Source of the DNA: an uncultured bacterium
GTDB lineage: Bacteria > Verrucomicrobiota > Lentisphaeria > Victivallales > Victivallaceae
Direction: 5' to 3'
Length of the DNA: 64,000 nucleotides
Assembly (NCBI GenBank): GCA_949297015.1
Contig: CASFRF010000050.1
Span: forward strand, 903 to 64,902
Shown: positions 42,861 through 51,380 of the stretch, in pieces
Layout of the letters: each line of letters starts with the position of its first letter
How positions within the stretch are numbered: the stretch's first letter is position 1
Notes under the pieces: model-generated
Told to the model about the DNA's origin: nothing
The model's input: only the letters and a program-made list of their open reading frames with translations
Database searches by the model: none
Made by a program: the position numbers and the translations under genes

Positions 42861-43183
42861 TTGCCTCGTTTCCGGTCGACTTTGACCTTGGCCCCCATCC
42901 GGCTGCGGAAAACCAGAATGGCGATCAGAACATAACTGCCCAGCAGAATCCACAGACTGGTTTCACTTTTGAACAGTTCCGCCGTACTGGTCTCGGCCGC
43001 GCCCTCCATGAAGTTCTTCTTGTTGAAGTTCACCACTCCGACCAGAATGTAGTAGGCGCCGGTCCACAGGCCACAGCAAACCACTGTGGCGACGATCTTG
43101 TACACCTTGTCTCCGAGGAAGTTTCCCGCCTCCTGAGCCGGATAGGTGGTGTAAACCGATCCCAAATGTCGTCTGCGGTTCAT
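42857..43183 (-). CDS. small two-helix membrane protein, hypothetical
   Basis: 108 aa. Hydrophobic helices IVATVVCCGLWTGAYYILVGVV and LWILLGSYVLIAILVF. Basic C-terminus. Confidence 0.55.
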   Translation of the reverse strand: MNRRRHLGSVYTTYPAQEAGNFLGDKVYKIVATVVCCGLWTGAYYILVGVVNFNKKNFMEGAAETSTAELFKSETSLWILLGSYVLIAILVFRSRMGAKVKVDRKRGK

Positions 43184-43227
43184 AACAGCAACTCCTTATA
43201 TTCGGTATTTCACCATAAAATAGCACT

Positions 43228-45027
43228 TCAGTTCAACGATTGCAAGCGCGCGGCCAGCTCGAGCTGCCGGGCCGGATCGGTTTCGCCCCGGATCTCGGCC
43301 AGGAGCCGGAGCCGCTCCTGTCGCAGAAAATCCTGATGGATCGCCTTGACACAGTCGCTCAATACCTGTTCGGACTCCTCCGGGGAATAGGCGGCTTCGT
43401 CCAGCAGCACCCGGCTGAGTTCCGGATCCGGCGTTTCACGCAGCAGCTCTTCGATCCGGGGCAGGGCCTGTTCCGGCTCGCCGTTCAAGGCGCAACCGAT
43501 CACCAGTTCCAGCGTTTTGCCGCTGAGTTCGCTGCTGAGCTCCTCCGCGGGCAGCAGTTCGGATAGACGCCGGGCCGTTCCCGGATCGTGCAACGCCACC
43601 CCCAGCAACGTCAGTTCCGCCCGCCGCCGGGGTGAAAAGATCGTTCGCTGCACCGGCTGTGGCGGCGGCGTGGACGGTTCGCGCCCGCCCGCGCCGTTGA
43701 AGCGCCGCCGTTCCTCCCGGGCCAGTCGGCCCAGTTCGGCGTGAATGGCGCTTTCGCTGACCAGCAACCGGGCAGCGGCCGCCCGCAGATAAAACTCCTG
43801 TCGGACCGGATTCGGCACCAGCTTCAGCAGCGAGACCACTTCGTCCACCGCCTGACTGCGCCCGGAGGCGCGGTTCAGGTCAAATTCCGCCGGCAGCGCG
43901 TCGCAGCACCAGTCAAGCCAGTTGCCCGCGTCGTCCACCGTGCGGCTCACCGCCTCGGGACCGGCGCTGCGGAAGAGTTCATCCGGGTCCTTCCCCCCCG
44001 GAATCCGGATCACCCGGACCTCCAGATCCAGCGGCAGCAGAATCTCCAGGGCCCGGCGGATCGCTTTCTGCCCGGCGCCGTCGGCGTCGAAGGCCAGCGC
44101 CACTTCGCCGGTGTAGCGCCGCAGAATCCGGGCCTGCATTTCGGTGAAGGCGGTCCCCTGCGGGGCCACGGCACAGGTCACGCCAGCGCGGTGAAAGGCG
44201 ATGGTGTCGAGCTGCCCTTCGCAGAGCACCGCCAGCTTGCGGTCGCGGATGGCGGTGCGGGCCAGCGGCAGGGCGTAGAGCAGCTCTCCTTTGCGGAACA
44301 CCGGCGTCTCGGCGGTGTTGACGTATTTGGCGGTGGCCGGATGGGCCTCCAGCGAGCGGGCGCTGAAGCCCACCACCTTGCCGGTCTCGTTCCAGATGGC
44401 GAAGGTGAGCCGCCCCTTGAAGTGATCGTAAAACCGGCCCGAACCCTCGTGTCGGCGGACGATCCCGGCCTGCAGCAGCTCCTGCTCCCGGAAGCCGAGC
44501 GCCCGGCCGTAACGCACGCAGGCGTCCCACTCATCGGGCGCGAAGCCGAGCCGGAACTGCCGCGCTACCTCCTCCGGAATCCCCCGCGAGGCGAGATAGC
44601 GCGCCGCCGGCGCCTCCGGCTGTTCCCGGAGCTGGCGCTCGAAGAAGCGGGCGAACTCCTCGTTGATCTGATAGAGCCGCTCCCGCTCGTCGGCCCGGGC
44701 CCGGTTCTCCCGGGAGGAGGCGCCGGTTTCCGGAATCACCACCCCGCAGCGGGCGGCCAGCAGGTGAATCGCATTCGGAAAATCGACTCCTTCGCGCTCC
44801 ATCACAAACCGGAAGACGTCACCACCTTTGCCGCAGCCGAAGCAGTGGTAGTGGCCGCGGTTCTGGTTGACCGTGAAGGAGGGGGTTTTCTCCTGATGAA
44901 ACGGACAGAGTCCCTTGTAGGTCCCACCGCCCGCCCGGCGCAGCTGCACCACGCTGCCGATCACCTCCACGATGTCGCAGCGGTGACGGATCTCCTCGAT
45001 GATCTCGTCGGGGATCGCGCGGTTCAT
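43228..45027 (-). CDS. dnaG: DNA primase
   Basis: CHC2 zinc finger CPFHQEKTPSFTVNQNRGHYHCFGCGKGGD; Toprim blocks VLCEGQLDTIAFH and ALAFDADGAGQKA. 599 aa. Confidence 0.9.
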   Translation of the reverse strand: MNRAIPDEIIEEIRHRCDIVEVIGSVVQLRRAGGGTYKGLCPFHQEKTPSFTVNQNRGHYHCFGCGKGGDVFRFVMEREGVDFPNAIHLLAARCGVVIPETGASSRENRARADERERLYQINEEFARFFERQLREQPEAPAARYLASRGIPEEVARQFRLGFAPDEWDACVRYGRALGFREQELLQAGIVRRHEGSGRFYDHFKGRLTFAIWNETGKVVGFSARSLEAHPATAKYVNTAETPVFRKGELLYALPLARTAIRDRKLAVLCEGQLDTIAFHRAGVTCAVAPQGTAFTEMQARILRRYTGEVALAFDADGAGQKAIRRALEILLPLDLEVRVIRIPGGKDPDELFRSAGPEAVSRTVDDAGNWLDWCCDALPAEFDLNRASGRSQAVDEVVSLLKLVPNPVRQEFYLRAAAARLLVSESAIHAELGRLAREERRRFNGAGGREPSTPPPQPVQRTIFSPRRRAELTLLGVALHDPGTARRLSELLPAEELSSELSGKTLELVIGCALNGEPEQALPRIEELLRETPDPELSRVLLDEAAYSPEESEQVLSDCVKAIHQDFLRQERLRLLAEIRGETDPARQLELAARLQSLN

Positions 45028-45809
45028 CGGGCGGCGGGGGCGAGCCGGGCCAACCGCGCCCTGACCTGTTCACAGAGTCCGGCCAGTTCCGGTTGCGATT
45101 CGGCGATGGCCAGAAACTGCCGGTAGAGTTGCTGCGCCGTCCGGCCCTGATCCCGGTTGTAGTAGAAGTCGCGGGACACCGCCGCGTTGTAGATGGTCAA
45201 CGGATCGCGCGGCGACTGGTTGTAGGCCGCCGTGAACGCCTGATTGGCGGCGCGGAAGTTCCGTTTCCGGAAGTAGTAGTTGCCGAAAATCCCCTGCATC
45301 CCGGCCGACGCCAGAAGCTGCGGATCGCGGGAGAGCTCCTGCAGATAGGGCAGCGCCTGATCGTAGTTGTTCAGCGCCGTCAGCACGTTGGCCAGCAGAA
45401 TCCGGGTGTTGCGGTCGTCGGGCTTGAGCTGTGCCGCCTTGTAGAGCGGAGTCAGCGCATCCTGCCGCCGGGCCGGATCCTGTGCGTAGAGCCGCCCCAG
45501 CGTGTACTGGGCGGTGAAACTTTCCGGATTGAGTTTGACCGCCTGCCGGGCCGAGTCCAGCGCCGGATCCGGCTTCCCGTTCTGTTCGCAGGCCAGCGCG
45601 CGCATGATCAGTGCCGGAACACTCTCCGGCGCTTTCCGGACCGCCTGTTCGGCGGGCGCCAGCGCCTGATCCCAGCGCCCGGCCGCCGCCTCGTCATGAG
45701 CCCGACGAACCAATTCGTCGGCGGAATCGCCGCAGCCGCCGGCCAGCACCAGCACTGCCGCCGGCAGCAACGGCAGCAGCCGTTTGAAAGTAGAATGCCA
45801 GTTTTTCAT
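45024..45809 (-). CDS. tetratricopeptide-repeat lipoprotein
   Basis: Signal peptide/lipobox LVLAGGCGD. Repeated A..Y..A....P motifs (e.g. AQYTLGRLYAQDP, ALTPLYKAAQLKPDD). ATGA-type overlap with dnaG. Confidence 0.7.
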   Translation of the reverse strand: MKNWHSTFKRLLPLLPAAVLVLAGGCGDSADELVRRAHDEAAAGRWDQALAPAEQAVRKAPESVPALIMRALACEQNGKPDPALDSARQAVKLNPESFTAQYTLGRLYAQDPARRQDALTPLYKAAQLKPDDRNTRILLANVLTALNNYDQALPYLQELSRDPQLLASAGMQGIFGNYYFRKRNFRAANQAFTAAYNQSPRDPLTIYNAAVSRDFYYNRDQGRTAQQLYRQFLAIAESQPELAGLCEQVRARLARLAPAAR

Positions 45810-45818
45810 GATATGATT

Positions 45819-45846
45819 ACCTTACCAGAAAAATTCCGGAATGCAA
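45819..45846 (-). promoter_or_regulatory. predicted sigma70-type promoter for the TPR-dnaG operon
   Basis: Minus strand: TTGCAT (45846..45841), 16-nt spacer, TAAGGT (45824..45819). Only 9 nt to ATG 45809. Confidence 0.4.
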
Positions 45847-45851
45847 GTCGT

Positions 45852-46700
45852 TCATCGTCGTTTTCCGCGCAATCCGGCAGTCCCCAGCGCCGCCAGGTAG
45901 CATACCGCCGCCAAGACCACGATCACCGGCCCGGTCGGCAAATTCCAGCTGTAACTGGCGGCCAGTCCGCCCGCCACCAACACCATGCACCACAGCGCCG
46001 CCGCGATCATCATCGAGTACAAATGCCGCACGAAGCAGCCGGCGGTGGCCGCCGGCAGCGTCAGCAACGCGATCACCAGCACGATGCCCACCACGTTGAC
46101 CATCAGCACGATGGTCAGGGCGATCAACACCAGCAGCAGCAGGTACATCAGCCGCACCCGGACGCCGCGCAGCTCGGCAAAACAAAGATCGAAGGACATC
46201 GCCAGCAACTGGTTGTAGAACAGCGCCGCCGGAATCAGCACCACCGCGTCGAGCGCCAGCGTCCAGTAGATCTCCGGCTTGGAGAGCAGCAGAATGTTGC
46301 CGAACAAATACCCCTGCAGATCGACATAGCCCGGCGTCGCCGCCAGAAACAGCAGTCCGACCGACATGCCCAGCGCCCAGACCACGCCGATAATGGTGTC
46401 TTCGCGCTCCCGGGCGAACAGGCTGACCACCCCGATCAGCAACGCCGCCGCCACCGCCGCCAGCGCCGCCCCGAGCATCGGAGTCAGAAACTCCCAGCCC
46501 CAGACCCGGTTGCAGTAGAGCGCCAGACCGACCCCGCCGAGCACCGCGTGCGAAATCGCGCCGGCGATGGCGGTGATCCGGCGGGTTACCACCAGCGTCC
46601 CCACCACGCCGAAGGGCAGACTGGCCAGCAGTCCGGCGATCAGCGCGTAGCGCAGAAAGATGGTCCCCGGATCGAACAGATCGTGCCAGAACTCAAGCAT
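45852..46700 (-). CDS. znuB: metal (Zn/Mn) ABC transporter permease, ABC-3 family
   Basis: Start at ATG 46700 (GGAGG RBS). MLEFWHDLFDPGTIFLRYALIAG..., about 8 helices, typical ZnuB/MntB layout. Confidence 0.7.
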   Translation of the reverse strand: MLEFWHDLFDPGTIFLRYALIAGLLASLPFGVVGTLVVTRRITAIAGAISHAVLGGVGLALYCNRVWGWEFLTPMLGAALAAVAAALLIGVVSLFAREREDTIIGVVWALGMSVGLLFLAATPGYVDLQGYLFGNILLLSKPEIYWTLALDAVVLIPAALFYNQLLAMSFDLCFAELRGVRVRLMYLLLLVLIALTIVLMVNVVGIVLVIALLTLPAATAGCFVRHLYSMMIAAALWCMVLVAGGLAASYSWNLPTGPVIVVLAAVCYLAALGTAGLRGKRR

Positions 46701-47499
46701 GGTCCCCTCCTTCCTGCCGAGTCGCGGAATGATGCGGGCAATCCTGACAGACACAGGCGTGATCGTGGCGGACCATGTTGACCTGATGGTGATAGATGGC
46801 GTCCGCGGCCGCCGCGTCGAATTTGCTCGCCGCGTGCACCGCCACCTCGCGATTGACGCAGATCACCCGGTCTACCTGACGGTCCACAAAGCCCAGATCG
46901 TGCGAGACGGTCAGCAGCGTCAGCTGGCGCCGCAGCTCGTCCAGAATCCGGTAGAACTCCAGTTCCGCCCCCGGGTCGATGTTGGCGGTCGGTTCGTCCA
47001 GCAGCAGCAGCCGGGGATTTCCGGCGATGGTCCGGGCGATCAGCGCCCGTTGCCGTTGCCCTCCGGAAATGGCCGCGAAGCTGCGCGAGGCCAGATCGGC
47101 GATGCCGAGTTGATCCAGCGCTGCCAGCGCCGCTTCGCGGTCGCGCCGGTCATACCGGCCCAGCAGGCCCCGGCGCAGCCGACCCATCAGCGCCACTTCG
47201 AGCACCGTCACCGGGAAGGCCGGATCGAGCTGATGATATTGCGGCATGTAGCCGATCAGCGGCCGCGCCGCCGTCGGCGACTGACCGAAGATGCGGATGG
47301 TGCCGCGCTGCGGCGAGAGCAGCCCCAGCAGCAGCCGCAGCAAGGTGGTTTTGCCGCCGCCGTTGGGGCCGACGATGCAGTCGAATTCTCCTTCGTGGAT
47401 GGTCAGGTTCACCTGATGCAGAATCGGCGTACCCGGTTCGTAGGCGAAGTCGAGATCCCGGATCTCGATCACCGCCGGTGCTGTGCCGGTCGTGCTCAC
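46693..47499 (-). CDS. znuC: metal ABC transporter ATP-binding protein with Cys/His-rich C-terminal tail
   Basis: GTG 47499 overlaps the znuA stop (GTGA). Walker A GPNGGGKTT, signature ISGGQRQRALIAR, Walker B LLLLDEPTANID. Tail HHQVNMVRHDHACVCQDCPHH. Confidence 0.75.
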   Translation of the reverse strand: MSTTGTAPAVIEIRDLDFAYEPGTPILHQVNLTIHEGEFDCIVGPNGGGKTTLLRLLLGLLSPQRGTIRIFGQSPTAARPLIGYMPQYHQLDPAFPVTVLEVALMGRLRRGLLGRYDRRDREAALAALDQLGIADLASRSFAAISGGQRQRALIARTIAGNPRLLLLDEPTANIDPGAELEFYRILDELRRQLTLLTVSHDLGFVDRQVDRVICVNREVAVHAASKFDAAAADAIYHHQVNMVRHDHACVCQDCPHHSATRQEGGDHA

Positions 47500-48365
47500 T
47501 GGAAACTTTCCTTCAGGGTCCGGCCCAGTTGCCGCAGGTTGGCCGGAGCGTCGGCGGCCAGCGGGTCGAGTTCGGAGACCCGGGCGCCGGTGGTTTCCGC
47601 CAGCGCCCGGGCGGCGCCGGGATTGAACTGCGGCTGCACGAAAATCACCTTGATCTGATCCTTCCGGGCCTGTTTGGCCACTTCGGACAGATGGCGCGGC
47701 GAGGGCTCCCGGCCGCCGAGTTCCACCGCCAGCTGCCGCAGCCCGGTCTCGTGCGCGAAGTAGCCGAACGCCGCGTGATGGACGTAGAAGGCCCGGCCCC
47801 GATAGGGTTCGAGTTCGGTGCTCAGCTCGGCGTGGAGCTGGTCGAGTTCCCGGTGCAGGGCCTGCCGGTTCCGCTCGTAGACGGCGCGGCCTTCGGGATC
47901 GAGTTTGCCGAGTTCGGCGGCGATGTTGTCGGCCATGATCTTCAGATTGGCGGTCGCGAGCCAGACGTGGGGATCGAGACTGTCCGGCGAGTGCCCGTCG
48001 TGGGCGTGCCCGTCGTCGTGATCGTGATCGCAGGCCTGCTCCAGCGGCCGGCGCTCCACCCCCCGGGTGACGTCGACGGCCGGGACTTTGGCGGCGCCGA
48101 GCATGCGCAGCAGATTCTGCTCGAACGGCATATCGGTGTGCAGGAAGAGTCGGGACCGGGCCAGACTCCGGATTTCGCGCGGGGTGGGCGCGTAGTCGTG
48201 CGGACTGCGTCCGACCGGCAGCGCCGAGCTCACCCGGACCCGGTCGCCGCCGATGCGTTCGACCAGGTTCGCCACCGGCGGAACTCCTGCCGTGACCGGC
48301 AGCGGTTCCGCTCCCGGAAGGATCGAGGCGGCGAACAGCGCCGCCAGCAGAAGCAGATGTTTCAT
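47496..48365 (-). CDS. znuA: metal ABC transporter substrate-binding protein with His/Asp-rich loop (zinc-type)
   Basis: Signal peptide MKHLLLLAALFAASILPG. His-rich loop CDHDHDDGHAHDGHSPD, as in ZnuA. HAAFGYF block. Confidence 0.7.
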   Translation of the reverse strand: MKHLLLLAALFAASILPGAEPLPVTAGVPPVANLVERIGGDRVRVSSALPVGRSPHDYAPTPREIRSLARSRLFLHTDMPFEQNLLRMLGAAKVPAVDVTRGVERRPLEQACDHDHDDGHAHDGHSPDSLDPHVWLATANLKIMADNIAAELGKLDPEGRAVYERNRQALHRELDQLHAELSTELEPYRGRAFYVHHAAFGYFAHETGLRQLAVELGGREPSPRHLSEVAKQARKDQIKVIFVQPQFNPGAARALAETTGARVSELDPLAADAPANLRQLGRTLKESFQ

Positions 48366-49912
48366 GCGCGTTTTTGCTCCTCTTTTTCCAGTTCGGCATA
48401 GTGTCGGCGGGCCGCCTCGTAGAGCTCCTGCCGACTGCGGTCCGGTTCGGTCACGTCGCGCGCGGCGCAGAAGGTCGCGGCCAGCTCCGCCAGCGGGATC
48501 GCGGTGACGGTATGGGCCGCCATCAGCGCGGCGCCCAGCGCCGCCGAGTCGCGGATCGCGAGCCGTTCGACCGGCGTCTGGAAGACGTCGGCCAGAATCC
48601 GGCGCAGCGCCCGGCTGTTGGAGGCGCCGCCGGTGATCCGCAGCCGGGTGAAGCGCTCCCCCATCCAGCCGGCGTGCAGCGCCATCGAGAGCGCCTGCGA
48701 CTCCAGCAGGCAGCGGATCTTCTCCTCCGGCCGGGCCGCGGCCGGGTCAAAATTGCAGCGGACGCGGGGGGCGAGCACCAGCGGCGTGCTCTCCGGCGCG
48801 AAGTAGGGGAGCATCAGTTTGCCGTGGTTGCCGGGCGGGGTCAGCTCGATGCTGGTCTCGTCGAAGAAGGTCCAGTCGACGCCGCACTCCTCGCGGACGT
48901 GCTCGCGGGCCAGCGAACCGTTGGTGAAGCAGATCAGGCTCATAAAGCCGCCCGCCGGGTTGCCAAAAACGTGGCCGCAACCGGCGGGATCGGTCTTGTA
49001 GTCGGCCATCGCGCCGAAGAACGTATCGCTGGTGCCGAGGCTGATCACCGCGGTTCCGGGCATCCCCGCCCCGGTCCCGATCAGGCTGGCCGGATTGTCT
49101 CCGGTCCAGGCGGTGACCGGCGTACCGGCCCGGAAGCCGTAGCGCGTGAAGTAGGGCGCGAGTCCCCCGACCACGGTGGCTCCGGGCACCGCGCGCGGGA
49201 GCTTCCGCAACAGGTCCGGCGCGGTGAATTCCGCGATCTCGGGATCCCAGTCCAGGGTGCGGAGATTCAGCAGATTCATCCCCGCCCCGTCGCCGTAGTC
49301 GACGGGGGCGACGCATCCGGCCAGCACCGAGGCCAGAAAGGAGCTGACCAGCTGCACATACGCCGTTTGCGCGTAGGCCTCCGGTTCACTCTTCCAGAAG
49401 CGGCGGATCTGCGGGCCGGTAAAGCGCTCGATCGCCGGCGACCCGGTGTCGCGCTGGAGCCGGTCGCCGAAGCGCTGTTCCAGCTCGTCGCACTCGGCGC
49501 GGGTCGAGCGATCCATCCAGATCGGAGAGCGTTTCCGGCTCAGGACCGGGGCCAGCTGATCGGCCAGCGGCCGCGCCGGATCGAGGTTTCGGAGCAGTTC
49601 GGGAAAGCGGGCGTTGAGATAGACCGAACCGTGCTGCTGCCCCGAACCGGAGATTCCCGCCACCTGGTCCAGCCGGATTCCCGCCTCCTGCAACTTGCGG
49701 AACAGCAGGTCCAGCGCCGCCAGCCACATCCGCGGATCGGCCTGACGGATCAGCGGATCGGGGTCGGGCAGAAAACCGCTGGGCGACCGGTATTCCGGGA
49801 GCTCCTCTCCGAAATTGACCGCTTCGCCGCCGGTGATTTCCCCTTTTTCCAGATCGATCAGAACCGCCTTCAACCCCTGGGTGCTGGAGTCCAATCCGAG
49901 AAAGATACTCAT
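48362..49912 (-). CDS. xylB: xylulokinase-like FGGY carbohydrate kinase
   Basis: FLGLDSSTQGLKAVL, GSGQQHGSVYL, GTAVISLGTSDT, ITGGASNS. 516 aa. Its stop overlaps the znuA start (ATGA). Confidence 0.7.
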   Translation of the reverse strand: MSIFLGLDSSTQGLKAVLIDLEKGEITGGEAVNFGEELPEYRSPSGFLPDPDPLIRQADPRMWLAALDLLFRKLQEAGIRLDQVAGISGSGQQHGSVYLNARFPELLRNLDPARPLADQLAPVLSRKRSPIWMDRSTRAECDELEQRFGDRLQRDTGSPAIERFTGPQIRRFWKSEPEAYAQTAYVQLVSSFLASVLAGCVAPVDYGDGAGMNLLNLRTLDWDPEIAEFTAPDLLRKLPRAVPGATVVGGLAPYFTRYGFRAGTPVTAWTGDNPASLIGTGAGMPGTAVISLGTSDTFFGAMADYKTDPAGCGHVFGNPAGGFMSLICFTNGSLAREHVREECGVDWTFFDETSIELTPPGNHGKLMLPYFAPESTPLVLAPRVRCNFDPAAARPEEKIRCLLESQALSMALHAGWMGERFTRLRITGGASNSRALRRILADVFQTPVERLAIRDSAALGAALMAAHTVTAIPLAELAATFCAARDVTEPDRSRQELYEAARRHYAELEKEEQKRA

Positions 49913-49951
49913 AACGAACGCCCCCTGTTACACTGTTCCAAAAATCATGGA

Positions 49952-49979
49952 AGTATAGCCCGAAATCCATAAATTTCAA
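49952..49979 (-). promoter_or_regulatory. predicted sigma70-type promoter for xylB-znuACB
   Basis: Minus strand: TTGAAA (49979..49974), 16-nt spacer, TATACT (49957..49952). About 39-nt leader with a G-rich RBS. Confidence 0.5.
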
Positions 49980-50067
49980 GCGCCGAACAACTTTTTTCGC
50001 GCGATGCGCCGGGAACCGCCTGCGGACGAGGCGGCGGAACTTTTCGGCAAAATTATCGGCGTGCGAC

Positions 50068-50096
50068 TTGACAAGGAGAAATTTCTTTGCTAAAAT
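50068..50096 (+). promoter_or_regulatory. near-consensus sigma70 promoter for the second GntR regulator
   Basis: TTGACA (50068..50073), exactly 17 nt, TAAAAT (50091..50096). Followed by a GTGCTA direct repeat (50105..50110 and 50114..50119). Confidence 0.55.
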
Positions 50097-50150
50097 AGTC
50101 ATCAGTGCTATCCGTGCTAATCGATTTTTTTTGAAATTCGGGAAGCTTTT

Positions 50151-51290
50151 ATGGATGTCGATTATCAGGCTCTGCGGGCGGAGTGTCCGGACAATCTCCG
50201 CGAGTCCATAACGCTCTATTTCCGGAAGAACATTCTCGCCGGGCGTTTTGCCGTCGGGGAGAAGCTGCCCTCGCTGCGGCGGATTGCGGAGGAGCTGGGC
50301 ACCAGCAATCCGAACGTCCACGCCGCGCTGTTTCCGCTGGTCCGGGAGGGGTTGATCGCCGGCGACCGCCGGACCGGCAATGTGGTGAGCGGGACGAACC
50401 GGCGCCTCACCCGGGCGGCGATCTATTTGATGCACGAGACCATCGACAACCTGACGCCCTATTTGCAGACGTTCATCACGGCGCTCAGCACCGAACTGGA
50501 GGCCCGCCGGATCGCCCCGCAGCTGGTGATCGACAACGCCTGCGGCGACGGGATGAGACAGTTGAAGAAACTGACCGCCGCCGGTGAGATTCAGGGCGTG
50601 CTGTATCCCGGTTCGCTGCAGCGGACCGGGTTCGGGCCGCGGTTGAAAAAACTTCCGCTCCCGGTGGTCGATCTGGATGGCCGGTGCAATCACCTCGTCT
50701 CCGCGCCCCGGAATCCGGTGCCGGGGCTGGCGGTGGAGCAGCTCCACCGGGTCGGAGCCCGGCGGCTCGGCGTGATCTGCACCATTCATCGTTACGAGCA
50801 GCACGATTCCGGCAAGGTGGTGGAAAGTCCCTTTTATCGGAACTTCCGGCAGCGGGCCCGGCAGCTGAAGGCGCAGTGTCGCGACGAGTGGCTCTACGCC
50901 CCGCCGCCGGAGGTCTCCTACATCCCCTCCGACGAGGCGATGACCGAGTTCGCCATGCGGGGGCTGGCCCACTTTGTCCAGCTGCCGCCGGAGCGGCGGC
51001 CGGACGGGTTGTTCATCTTTCCCGATCAGCTGATCACCGGCGTCATGATGGGGGTGCTGCACTATCGGATTCCGGTCCCGGAAAAGCTGAAACTGGCGGT
51101 TTACCGCAACTGGGAGATCCCGGCGACGCTGCTGGTGGATTGCGAGCAGGTCGGGGTCGGCATCCGGGAGGCGGCCCGGAACCTGATCGAAAATCTGTTC
51201 CGGCGGCTCGACGGCCGGGAGGCGCTGCCGTTCGAGCAGTCGCCCACGGTGCAGTCCTTTCGGGCGGCAACCGGCCGGGCGTTCTGGTAG
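50151..51290 (+). CDS. GntR-family regulator with periplasmic-binding-protein (LacI-type) sugar-sensor domain
   Basis: LPSLRRIAEELGTSNPNVHAALFPLVREGLIA is a GntR wHTH. The remaining ~300 aa alternate beta-alpha units like LacI/PBP1 ligand domains (VLYPGS..., RLGVICT...). Confidence 0.7.
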   Translation: MDVDYQALRAECPDNLRESITLYFRKNILAGRFAVGEKLPSLRRIAEELGTSNPNVHAALFPLVREGLIAGDRRTGNVVSGTNRRLTRAAIYLMHETIDNLTPYLQTFITALSTELEARRIAPQLVIDNACGDGMRQLKKLTAAGEIQGVLYPGSLQRTGFGPRLKKLPLPVVDLDGRCNHLVSAPRNPVPGLAVEQLHRVGARRLGVICTIHRYEQHDSGKVVESPFYRNFRQRARQLKAQCRDEWLYAPPPEVSYIPSDEAMTEFAMRGLAHFVQLPPERRPDGLFIFPDQLITGVMMGVLHYRIPVPEKLKLAVYRNWEIPATLLVDCEQVGVGIREAARNLIENLFRRLDGREALPFEQSPTVQSFRAATGRAFW

Positions 51291-51380
51291 CGCGGCGGGC
51301 CGGGGCGGGGCGGTGTTGAAATAATTGCGTTGGTAATCCCGTAGAGAAATCGGAAAATCGAAAACAGAAGAGGCGGAGTC

